A stretch of 64,000 nucleotides of DNA from Patescibacteria group bacterium (GTDB lineage: Bacteria; Patescibacteriota; Microgenomatia; UBA8517), in NCBI GenBank assembly GCA_022868165.1, contig JALHYA010000010.1, positions 375-64,374 of the forward strand. Direction: 5' to 3'. A program made the translations under genes and the position numbers. A model generated the notes under the pieces. That model did no database searches. It saw only the letters and a list, made by a program, of their open reading frames with translations, and was not told where the DNA came from. How positions within the stretch are numbered: the stretch's first letter is position 1; the number at the start of each line of letters is the position of its first letter. Positions 10,901 to 18,839 of the stretch are shown here, piece after piece.

Positions 10901-13900
10901 TCTTTCCATTCAAGCCCGGAAAGTCCTAAATCCGTTACGTCGGTAGTAGAGGGGGTAACTGAACCCCCGGAAAGGGCATTAAGAGGATTTAGGATGATAT
11001 TTCCGGTTGTACTGCCTCCAATAGTCAAGTCATTCATAAGAGTGCCCTGAATGCTTCTGGCGCCGCCATAGAAGGTCAGGTTGCCCGATACGGTGGCATT
11101 GCCTGCAACAGCAAGTTTTTCTACCGGAGAAGTTGTCCCGATGCCGACGCCGCCGCTTTGATTGATATTTAATATGTCATCTGTACCGTAATGACCGAGA
11201 GATAAATTGTTTAGGTAAGCTGTGGCATTAGGAGTATAGGCCATATAACCTGCGGAATTGGCAGCAATAGATTTACCAATCCATTGCGTTAGTCGATTAC
11301 CATTAGCAAGGGCAGTTTCAAAGACACCCATCGCTCGATGGTTGACATCAGTTGAAACTACAACTAATGGATTTCCCGGCGTCGCCGTCCCGATGCCGAC
11401 GTTGCCGGCGTTGGTGATGACGAATCTTGGAGTTCCGGCTGCTGAGGCCGTAAAGATATCTTGGGATTCGGTCTGGTTAAATATGGCCAGGGCTTTGCCG
11501 GTTGCCGAATAATCGTTTGTGACATAAAGCCTTGAGGTGGCAGCGGTAACGGTGGTTGAGCCGATTCCTACATAACCCGAAGCGTTAACATACATATCTT
11601 CACCGTCATTACCCTCGTCAAAAATAATCGTTTCGCCGGACCCCAAAGTCACAAATTTCAGGTTTACCGTGCTTGGAGTCATGATGGATAGCGTGGGGCT
11701 GGTGTAATCGTAGGTGAGACGGGTAGTGCCGTCAAAGGAAATGTGAGTTTGATTAGCAGAGCCTATCGTGAATCCGAAACAGTCGGCACCACCTGAACGG
11801 GTTGAGTTCCCACAGATATATTTAATGCCATCGGTAGCATAGGCAGAAAGAACCTCAATCATATCAGTATATGTTTCTCTCTCAACACTTACAGAAAATT
11901 CTCCGGCGGTATCCGCTCCGGCAGTTACATTTCTTAAGATAAAGCCTGCTCTTCCGGCCTCAACCAAACTGCTCGCATTATCCTCAAGGTAGGATGATGT
12001 GTAAGAACCGATGTTGGTGGCCGCAGTACCGCCGCTTGTGGAGCGAGTAATTCTGGCAAGCTCTATCTGTGTATTTGTTGAGGCATCGTCTTTTACGATA
12101 TGGAAACCCGCAAGCGGGGAGGCCGTACCAATACCCACACGGTTGTTAAGCGCATCAATCGAAAGGGTATTGGAATCGAAGTTAAGGGCATTGGCAGCAT
12201 TATTCAGGGTTACTCCTACTATTTGGGTAGAAAGGTCAATGGTGGCAGCGTTGATGTCAACAATACCGCTGCCGTTAAGGGGAGAAAGAGTGATATTTCC
12301 GGTCGATGTACCTCCTATGGTCAGATTTGCCATATTGGTTGTAGCCAGATTTCCTTCTCCAGTTAGGTAGGTAGCCACATTGGCAGTAGTGCCCGAAATA
12401 GATGCTGTTGGAGAATTTGTGGAGTCAACATTCATAAATGCGAACTTGGCCGTGTCGGTGGCCGTTCCGCCGATTAGTACATCAACAGTAGAATTCATTG
12501 GGTAGAGGATTCCATTTGCATCATCCTGCGTCCAGAAACTGCTGCCGCCTCCGCCTGTTCCGCAAGCTCCCCAGCTACCGGCTTGTTTACAACGCATTTC
12601 GCCTGAATCGGAGTTGTAATACATTGCACCATCGGGTGCGGAAACAGGGTCACCGGCAGTATTTTTTATATCTAAGGCTAAAAGGTCAGGAGTCCCCGAG
12701 CCCGCACCGTTTCCTATTTGAATAAGACCTGTTGTTGAGGTACCGAACGCTTGAAGGTAAATATTGCCTGTATCAACTCCTCCTAAAGTGAGGCTTTGGT
12801 TGGCGGTTGTTGCGAGATTGCCATCAGCGGTAAGAAAGGTTGCACCGGCCGCTCCCGCCGAAACAGAAGCGGTTGGAGTCCCTGTGCCCACCATATTTAT
12901 AAATGCAAATTTTGCGGAATCGGTCGAAGTCCCCCCCAATAAGACATCAACCGTCGAATTTTTGGGATACAGAATTCCATTTACATCGTCTTGATTCCAA
13001 AGATCGGTTGCGCCCCCGAGACAATTTCCTGAAGTGTCGCAAACCTGATTGTTGCTTTGGTAGATTGTCTTTCCCCAGATATTCCTGAATTCCAAGGACG
13101 CGGATGTGCCCAAATCGGTAACATCAGTTGTATTTGGCTTGACAGCTCCACCGGCTATGGCATTGAGCGGATTGACAACTATATCTCCGGTTGTATCTCC
13201 GCCGATAGTTAGAATAGCCATTAGAGTTGCCCGAATATTTCTTGCGCCTCCGTAGAAAGTCAGGTTGCCCGAAACAGTGGCATTGCCGGCCACATCCAGC
13301 TTTTCTACGGGAGACGTCGTTCCCACGCCTACGTTTCCACCAGGCATAAGAGCCAGGTTCTGCGAAGCCGCGGTAATTATTTGATTCGGCCCTGTGCCGG
13401 CGAAGGTAATTCCGGCTCCAATTCCAGTTAGATTTATGGCGGCAGTATTTGCATAGGAGTTTGTAAGTTGGTTGCTCATTGAGAGCGTTGTCACGCCCGA
13501 TACCGCCCCGGCTGTAGTGACATTTAGAGCAGTCGAGGTTACGGCAAATGTTCCCGTTGCGTTGCCAATGGTAGTTGTGGCTCCGGCGCCGGAAGATAGA
13601 GTGGTATTACCACTAGAGTCTAGGGTAGTGAAAGCGCCCGTCGAGCGAATAGTTGCTCCGATTGCGGTTGAGTTAATGCCCGTAGCTGTTGTATTAAAGT
13701 TGCCGGCAGTAAAGAGGATATCGTTTGCTCCAAAGGAAACGGATGAGGCTCCCAATCCGGATAGAGTCAGAGCTCCAGACGTTCCGGTTAAGTTCAAAGC
13801 TCCGGTAGTTAACGTCAGGCCGTTACTGGCTGTAAGGGTGCTAGAGAACCTTCCTGTTCCAGTAACATCCAGTTGAGTGCTGGGTGCAGCGTTATTTATG

Positions 13901-16900
13901 CCGACTTGGCCGGCACTGTCAATATATATCCTACTGGTAAGAAATGAATCACCACCGACGGAGCCTTGGACATTAAAGCTACCACCGTTGTAGATATTCA
14001 AGAATGTTTGCGGAGCAGTTGTGGTGGTCTCGGCTCCAAGTGCAATATTGCCCGAGATTGAAGCAGTGGGATTGCCGGAATCGACATTTATAAATGCGAA
14101 CTTGGCCGTGTCGGTGGCAGTTCCGCCTATTAATACATCAACAGTTGAATTTTTGGGATACAAGATTCCCAGGGAATCATTTTGATTCCAATATCCTGTT
14201 GAAGCATTACAGTTTCCGCTTGCATCACAGACGGCATTACCACTTTGAAGCATTGCCTGGGCATAAAAATTGCGCCATTCTAGAGAGGCTGTTCCGAGGT
14301 CGGTTACATCTGTAGCTCCGGGTGTAACCGAACCACCGTCTACGGCATTTAAAGGATTAATTGTGATGTTTCCGGTTGTATCGCCCCCGATAGTTAAGTC
14401 ATTCATAAGAGTGCCCTGAATGCTTCTGGCGCCACCATAGAAGGTTAGATTGCCGGAAACGGTGGCATTTCCGGCTACATCAAGCATCTCCAGGGGAGTA
14501 GTAGTCCCAATTCCCAAGTTTCCGCTTGCGTCAATTCTGGCTTTTTCCGAAGAGGAGATATAAAACCGTATTGTGCCTCCTTGCACTAGGGTTCTTCCAG
14601 CTGAATCACCAAATGTTTGAATTCCTTGTTCGTTGGCGCTTATGCCATTTTGGCTGGACCAAACCAGCGCCTCGACTGTGCTTCCGGGATCGGTGACGTA
14701 CCCGGTGACCCAAGCAGGATCGTTGGGATCGGACGAAAGCGTTCCGATATTCCCATTTCCTGAAGAATCGGAGGTAGAAGTCCCTGTTCCCTCATCGAAA
14801 TGCCAAAGGGCTTTTGTATTGGCATCCGGAGAAAGTTTGGTTGTTTGAGGGGTAAAATTGGCGGTGTTACGAACAACGTTGGACATCTCAATCTCGTCAA
14901 TTTTCCCGTCAAAGTTGTCTTGAGGTGGCCAGTCACCGCCGTCCAGTCCGATTCGCATAAGTCCGTTAAAATAACTCGGCGTGCCAGGATCCCCTTGGAA
15001 CGGTTGGGATTCTATATTTCCATTGATAGCGAAATAAATGGTGTTTGTACCTGTATCTCTTGATACTTGGACGTGGGTCCATGTTCCTAAAGAAACTGTT
15101 CCCGTAGAGTTCATGAATCCAGCGGCATCCGACCAGAACCCAAAAGCTAGTTGACGGGAGGGGTTGATTCCAAAGTACCACTTTCTGGCGTAATCTGTTC
15201 CTTTCTTGTCGATTATGACTCGTGTAGATGCCGCGGTGGTGTCCAAATAAACCCAAGCTCTGATCGTCCAATCACTACCCATAAGGCGGTTAGTGGCGGA
15301 ATCGGGAACTGTAACTCCATCGTCCCCATCAAACTCTAGCGCATAGGGGTCGGACCCGGGTTTTGAAACCAGATTATACCGTGCTGCGTTGTTTGATGTT
15401 GTGGTTCTTGTAACTCTTGTGTATAGGCCGTCTCCGGAGGTAGTTAGCCTTATTTCTGGAGTTACCTTGGAAATTTCTAAATCAGATGCTGGGGCAGAAG
15501 TACCTATACCCACCCTAGAATTGGTGGTATCAAAAGTTGCAAATGCAGAGCCTGAATTATTAAGCACGCTTACATTTCCAGTAGTAGTTCCACCCAAAGA
15601 AAGAGTCTGTTTGGCTGTTGTGGCCAAGGTTCCATCAGCGGATAGATAAGTTGCGCCTGCAGCACCCGCAGAAATAGAAGCTGTGGGTGTACCTGAACCA
15701 ATTACATTTATAAATGCGAACTTGGCTGTGTCTGTGGCCGTTCCTCCGATAAGTACGTCCACAGTTGAGTTTTTGGGGTATATTGTTCCGTTTGTCTGGT
15801 TCCAAACATCATTTGCCCCAGCAAAACAGTTACCACTGACATCACAAACCTGATTACTGTTTTGATATAGCGTCTGGCCGTAAACGTTTCTCCAAGCAAG
15901 ACTCGAAATGCCCAGGTCGGTTACATCGGTTGCGCCGGGGGTAACCGAGCCTTCTGCGACGCCATTAAGAGGCGAAAGGATAATGCCTCCTGTAGAATCT
16001 CCTCCGATTGTTAAATTTCGATTGAGCGTGGTTTGAATTACTCCTGCACTATTAAGAGTTAGATTGCCTGCTATTGATGCAGTGGGTGTGCCAGAATCAA
16101 CATTGATAAACGCGAATTTGGCGGAAGAGGAAGAGGTGCCGCCTATCAACAAATCAACGGTAGAATTTTTAGGATTTAGAACCCCGTTTGCCTGGCCCCA
16201 CCAGTTTATTGCTGTAGCCGCAGTTGCAAAAGCCTGCCAAATTGTTCCATCCGAGAAATAAACCTGATTATCTGTTGAATTATATATAACCGAGCCTGTG
16301 CCGATAGCAGTTGGCAGAGCAACAAATCTTCCCAGCCTAATTTGGTCATTAAAAATTGCTGTTCCGTTTTTAACATATAAAGCTGCGCCTTCCCTTGGAG
16401 CGTTATAGCGGTTTAAGGTGAGGGTTGAGTATGTAGACATTGGTTTGTCGCGCTCATCAAGTGTCAAAGTTAATAGGTCGGCCAGAGCCGAACCGGTTTG
16501 AGTAATTGAGGCGAAATTGCCAGGACTTTGGGTTATTGTAAAATTTCCCGAAGTCTGGCTATAGCCTGTGACGTTGGAAAGTGCGCCGCCGGATGAGAGT
16601 CTTTGAGTTCCTCCCGTTGAAAGATTCCCGCCGATACCCGTATTGCCGAGCGCATCAACACTAAAACGGGTGATTGGTTGTGAGCCGCTTTGAAGCCTTA
16701 TGAGGTCATAACCAGTTGCTCCGTTAGCCACAATGCCATAAAAAAGCGAGCCGGAAGTCAAATTGGGTGCCTGGGCATTTAGGAAATTTTGGCCTGTGCC
16801 TTCAAAAAGAAAATGTGCATATCCGAAACCGTCTGGATTAATTTCAATATTTCCGTCCGAGCCGGTCGGAGTAGAAAGAGTCACTGTTTGGCCTTCAACC

Positions 16901-17745
16901 AAAAGATTTCCCTGTTTGGCGCGAATTGCGGGGGCCTGTGATGCCAAAAGAAGAGAACCGTCGTCGGCAATTACGGGAATTGTGCCCGGACCTGCCCCGA
17001 TTTCCGGGTTGGCGGGAGTGTAGCCTTGGAGATTGGAAGCGGAATTGGCGCTTGAAACCGGAATCCTGTCCTTGATTTCGGTTCCTCCTATGGTTGCGCC
17101 AAGATAAAGCTTATCGTTTCCGAAAAATACATTAGTTGGAACACTATCTAAAGCTATCGTAATATCACCATTTGTATCAGGAGTTTCTTGTTTTGTACCC
17201 GAAGTCCAGAGTGCGGTAGGGTCGTCGGGAGATTTATAAAGTTTGAAAGTTATGCTTTGGGCTCCAAGCGAGGCCGAACCGCTTGCGTCTTTGAGTGTCA
17301 TTTTGGCAAAAATTGTCCAGGGAGAAAGAAGTGTGGAAGTCGATGGTGCTTCGGACGTAGAGCCAGTTGTGGGTTGGCCGGGGCCACCGGTAGGCTGGGG
17401 AAGCTGAGTTACTCTGTTTTCGCTTGCGGGTGTAAACAGGAAGGGTATCGGAAGCTGAAGTTTTCGGGCAAGAAGAAACATAAGAACCAGTGATAAGGCC
17501 AATACGCCAAAACCGATGATTGTTTTTACTCCAGGCTTGCGGCGTTTGGGAGGTTCGAACGCTTCGCTTAAAGGTTGTGTTTGAACTAAGGGATTTTCTT
17601 TTATATGCCCCTTGTTGTGTGCCCAGCCGAAAAATTTATTCAGGCTGGCCATCTTGCGCTTGGCCGTAGTAAAACTTGTAGTTTTTGCAAGCTGGCCTTG
17701 ATATTGGGCTATTAAATCCGGTGATATGTAGGGTAGGTTAGGCAT
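7969..17745 (-). CDS. Giant (3258 aa) membrane-anchored surface protein. Short cytoplasmic N-terminus resembling the second half of an integrase SAM-like domain, one TM helix, a Thr/Pro/Gly-rich stalk, a LamG-like domain, at least five 330-aa repeats and a tail-fibre-like C-terminal region.
   Basis: Single uninterrupted ORF. TM TIIGFGVLALSLVLMFLLARKL. LamG-like 'WTIRAWVYLD...IYFAINGN'. Repeat unit 'NLTIGGDTTGNI..NPLN...VTPG.TDVTDLG.S.L.WRN.Y.Q.....N.VCD.SGNC....YPKNSTVDVLIGGTATDTAKFAFINV' recurs. Matching DNA repeats (ttataaatgcgaacttggc...) lie near 10695, 12430, 12895, 14085, 15705 and 16095. Confidence 0.85.
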   Translation of the reverse strand: MPNLPYISPDLIAQYQGQLAKTTSFTTAKRKMASLNKFFGWAHNKGHIKENPLVQTQPLSEAFEPPKRRKPGVKTIIGFGVLALSLVLMFLLARKLQLPIPFLFTPASENRVTQLPQPTGGPGQPTTGSTSEAPSTSTLLSPWTIFAKMTLKDASGSASLGAQSITFKLYKSPDDPTALWTSGTKQETPDTNGDITIALDSVPTNVFFGNDKLYLGATIGGTEIKDRIPVSSANSASNLQGYTPANPEIGAGPGTIPVIADDGSLLLASQAPAIRAKQGNLLVEGQTVTLSTPTGSDGNIEINPDGFGYAHFLFEGTGQNFLNAQAPNLTSGSLFYGIVANGATGYDLIRLQSGSQPITRFSVDALGNTGIGGNLSTGGTQRLSSGGALSNVTGYSQTSGNFTITQSPGNFASITQTGSALADLLTLTLDERDKPMSTYSTLTLNRYNAPREGAALYVKNGTAIFNDQIRLGRFVALPTAIGTGSVIYNSTDNQVYFSDGTIWQAFATAATAINWWGQANGVLNPKNSTVDLLIGGTSSSSAKFAFINVDSGTPTASIAGNLTLNSAGVIQTTLNRNLTIGGDSTGGIILSPLNGVAEGSVTPGATDVTDLGISSLAWRNVYGQTLYQNSNQVCDVSGNCFAGANDVWNQTNGTIYPKNSTVDVLIGGTATDTAKFAFINVIGSGTPTASISAGAAGATYLSADGTLATTAKQTLSLGGTTTGNVSVLNNSGSAFATFDTTNSRVGIGTSAPASDLEISKVTPEIRLTTSGDGLYTRVTRTTTSNNAARYNLVSKPGSDPYALEFDGDDGVTVPDSATNRLMGSDWTIRAWVYLDTTAASTRVIIDKKGTDYARKWYFGINPSRQLAFGFWSDAAGFMNSTGTVSLGTWTHVQVSRDTGTNTIYFAINGNIESQPFQGDPGTPSYFNGLMRIGLDGGDWPPQDNFDGKIDEIEMSNVVRNTANFTPQTTKLSPDANTKALWHFDEGTGTSTSDSSGNGNIGTLSSDPNDPAWVTGYVTDPGSTVEALVWSSQNGISANEQGIQTFGDSAGRTLVQGGTIRFYISSSEKARIDASGNLGIGTTTPLEMLDVAGNATVSGNLTFYGGARSIQGTLMNDLTIGGDTTGNITINPLNAVDGGSVTPGATDVTDLGTASLEWRNFYAQAMLQSGNAVCDASGNCNASTGYWNQNDSLGILYPKNSTVDVLIGGTATDTAKFAFINVDSGNPTASISGNIALGAETTTTAPQTFLNIYNGGSFNVQGSVGGDSFLTSRIYIDSAGQVGINNAAPSTQLDVTGTGRFSSTLTASNGLTLTTGALNLTGTSGALTLSGLGASSVSFGANDILFTAGNFNTTATGINSTAIGATIRSTGAFTTLDSSGNTTLSSGAGATTTIGNATGTFAVTSTALNVTTAGAVSGVTTLSMSNQLTNSYANTAAINLTGIGAGITFAGTGPNQIITAASQNLALMPGGNVGVGTTSPVEKLDVAGNATVSGNLTFYGGARNIRATLMAILTIGGDTTGDIVVNPLNAIAGGAVKPNTTDVTDLGTSASLEFRNIWGKTIYQSNNQVCDTSGNCLGGATDLWNQDDVNGILYPKNSTVDVLLGGTSTDSAKFAFINMVGTGTPTASVSAGAAGATFLTADGNLATTANQSLTLGGVDTGNIYLQAFGTSTTGLIQIGNGAGSGTPDLLALDIKNTAGDPVSAPDGAMYYNSDSGEMRCKQAGSWGACGTGGGGSSFWTQDDANGILYPMNSTVDVLIGGTATDTAKFAFMNVDSTNSPTASISGTTANVATYLTGEGNLATTNMANLTIGGTSTGNITLSPLNGSGIVDINAATIDLSTQIVGVTLNNAANALNFDSNTLSIDALNNRVGIGTASPLAGFHIVKDDASTNTQIELARITRSTSGGTAATNIGSYTSSYLEDNASSLVEAGRAGFILRNVTAGADTAGEFSVSVERETYTDMIEVLSAYATDGIKYICGNSTRSGGADCFGFTIGSANQTHISFDGTTRLTYDYTSPTLSIMTPSTVNLKFVTLGSGETIIFDEGNDGEDMYVNASGYVGIGSTTVTAATSRLYVTNDYSATGKALAIFNQTESQDIFTASAAGTPRFVITNAGNVGIGTATPGNPLVVVSTDVNHRAMGVFETALANGNRLTQWIGKSIAANSAGYMAYTPNATAYLNNLSLGHYGTDDILNINQSGGVGIGTTSPVEKLAVAGNATVSGNLTFYGGARSIQGTLMNDLTIGGSTTGNIILNPLNALSGGSVTPSTTDVTDLGLSGLEWKEIHGQLIYQGANQVCDTSGAGCTTSGLWAEGTAPTNGGVIYPKNLTEDVLIGGNSTDSAKFAFINVDLASPPTASISAGAAGATYLTADGNLATTANQSLTLGGLTTGNIFLESFGADTGHIQIGDGAGSSNPDLLALDIKNDAGDPAGTAGAVYYNSSGTPKFRCYQGGSWVDCISAGAATGWTLSNPFIYTTNADYQVGIGTTTTADIISKLYVTNDGALTGKALAIFNQPESQDILTASASSVTKMVVSKAGDLTATGFLQIGAAWTPGTIPATSQAYSRFGSAIPDHFGGSTTDWVIFSGDTEFRGTLFLDSADGVGGGISQIADNTGTGTIIFPANEKTTPHELTAGNWMVTNPINTGNVGQAALIVDQQAGGDIFTASFSGSTKFTIANNGNITATGSGTMLTIGGGTGKVDIGTIDPVYNIGGTRYATYLSGMTGVKEETTGNVSTDEFVPGVGYRHSIDFKDAQNGSDLWLFSKTTNLKNNMGKMVVLLSPAGNTRAWYDVDTRNYLLSIYTARPTTVSYRLTAPRFDYTTWTNLNDNPSATGFDIKDENLTVNPNGDVKPPVIPSLADFEIVSQQAYGIQNIVYSIWTKAGQIIDELGAFGNLIAGNILAGAIQVQEVTSNLLTANKIISPLADIDTVRTRLISPLPDQTDVAVQIGGAGTDSGQLVIQNASGSAVASVDTAGNASFSGQVTSDKLQVTSSASIAGTLYADDIKSTTLDDIQNLLHQVEQDQNLLAQAATWNANTATGSSAIANIQNLFVTDQAAINSLSVSTSISVGTDLVFQSQNTQYGILNTVNSLSAPLSLQSLAMAPVEIMAGKVKVLTNGDVQIEGNLYVAGVVESSGLTVRSINNPVAASIDASGSATFNSVSADKFILAVQAATASADINGTITTNATAGQAIINAGVSEITIKNPSISDYTLVYVTPTSSTLNNVLYVKSKGAGYFTVGFSNPINVDVTFNWWVIDVKQ

Positions 17746-17747
17746 GG

Positions 17748-18251
17748 CTAATGGTTAATAGCTGATGGGTGATTTTCGACCCATGAAATGAATTGTTTTA
17801 TATCGGAAAGATAGCTTTTGATAGTATTATTGGAAACCTTTTCTTGCTTTAGATATCGCTCAAATTCGTTTAATAAGGGATCGGATTCGTAAGAATCTCC
17901 GGTAATGTTAGACATTCCTTCCATAAAATCTGAATCTATAATTTGAGTGCCAACCAAAAAACGGGAGAGATTGCGCAGGGTAGAAAGGCGTCTGTTGGCC
18001 GTGAGTTTGGCAACTTTATTATCGAGAAGATATTTTTTGTATTCGCCCGCAATATTTTTGGAAAGAAAGGGAATAGATTCGGTTAAATTTTCTGCCTCCG
18101 AACCCAAAGAACGAATTCGCAAGAGAAGCCAAGCGGTAAAATGGGTGATATCCGACTTGTAAAATTTTATTGTGTTTGTGGAAACGCCTGACTCATCCAA
18201 ATGGGATAAGAACAAACTTATGATTTTATCGGCAAAACTGCTATCGTCCAT
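17748..18251 (-). CDS. Protein built from tyrosine-recombinase N-terminal (SAM-like/core-binding) domain repeats, with no catalytic domain.
   Basis: 167 aa. 'FADKIISLFLSHLDESGVSTNTIKFYKSDITHFTAWL', 'RLSTLRNLSRFLVGTQIIDSDF' and 'LLNEFERYLKQEKVSNNTIKSYLSDIKQFISWV' fit the Phage_integrase_N/SAM-like pattern. The stop is 2 nt before the start of the giant gene. Confidence 0.6.
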   Translation of the reverse strand: MDDSSFADKIISLFLSHLDESGVSTNTIKFYKSDITHFTAWLLLRIRSLGSEAENLTESIPFLSKNIAGEYKKYLLDNKVAKLTANRRLSTLRNLSRFLVGTQIIDSDFMEGMSNITGDSYESDPLLNEFERYLKQEKVSNNTIKSYLSDIKQFISWVENHPSAINH

Positions 18252-18839
18252 TTTGAGGCTAAATTATACTCGTTATACGAGTTATACCATTATTAAAGCG
18301 ATTTAGAAGCTTGTCAAGGAGCGTTTAATAGGCTAAACACAAATATACGTCTAAGTACTTTTCACTGACATCAATAGCGTATTTTCCGCATATCAAATTG
18401 CCTTAGACAATATATCAAAACATATATAAATTGATATCCGATAGTTAGGTTTTCCCGCGATATTTATATAACTCCCTGTGCCTATATATTTTACTGCGGA
18501 AATATGCGGGAATTATATATATTTGAGTTTCGATGAGGAAATAGTACCGTTTTGGGCTCAATCCGATAGCATAAAGGGGTTTTTTATGGTCGATTACTGT
18601 TTTGGCAAACCTTTCGTCCGAGTGCTATGAATTATTGTCTAATATTTTGCCCCGAATTCTTGATGATTATCGGACTTTTATTTCTTTTGTTTTTTTACTT
18701 TGTTTGTGAAGCTATTCTGTGTGAAATTCTAATTCCAATCGCAATTGCCGTCTCAATATAGCCAATAATTTCTAAAATCGCCTAGATTTATTATAATTCT
18801 TATGCGAGAATTCTGTATAATTCTCTGTATAATTCTATT

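Noticed and set aside
8144-17493. Plus- and minus-strand ORFs of 60-140 aa nested inside the 3258-aa gene (for example 10481-10909, 12011-12370, 13472-13876).
   Set aside because: All are embedded in the single uninterrupted 9.8-kb minus-strand frame and have repetitive, biased compositions. They are antisense or alternate-frame shadows.
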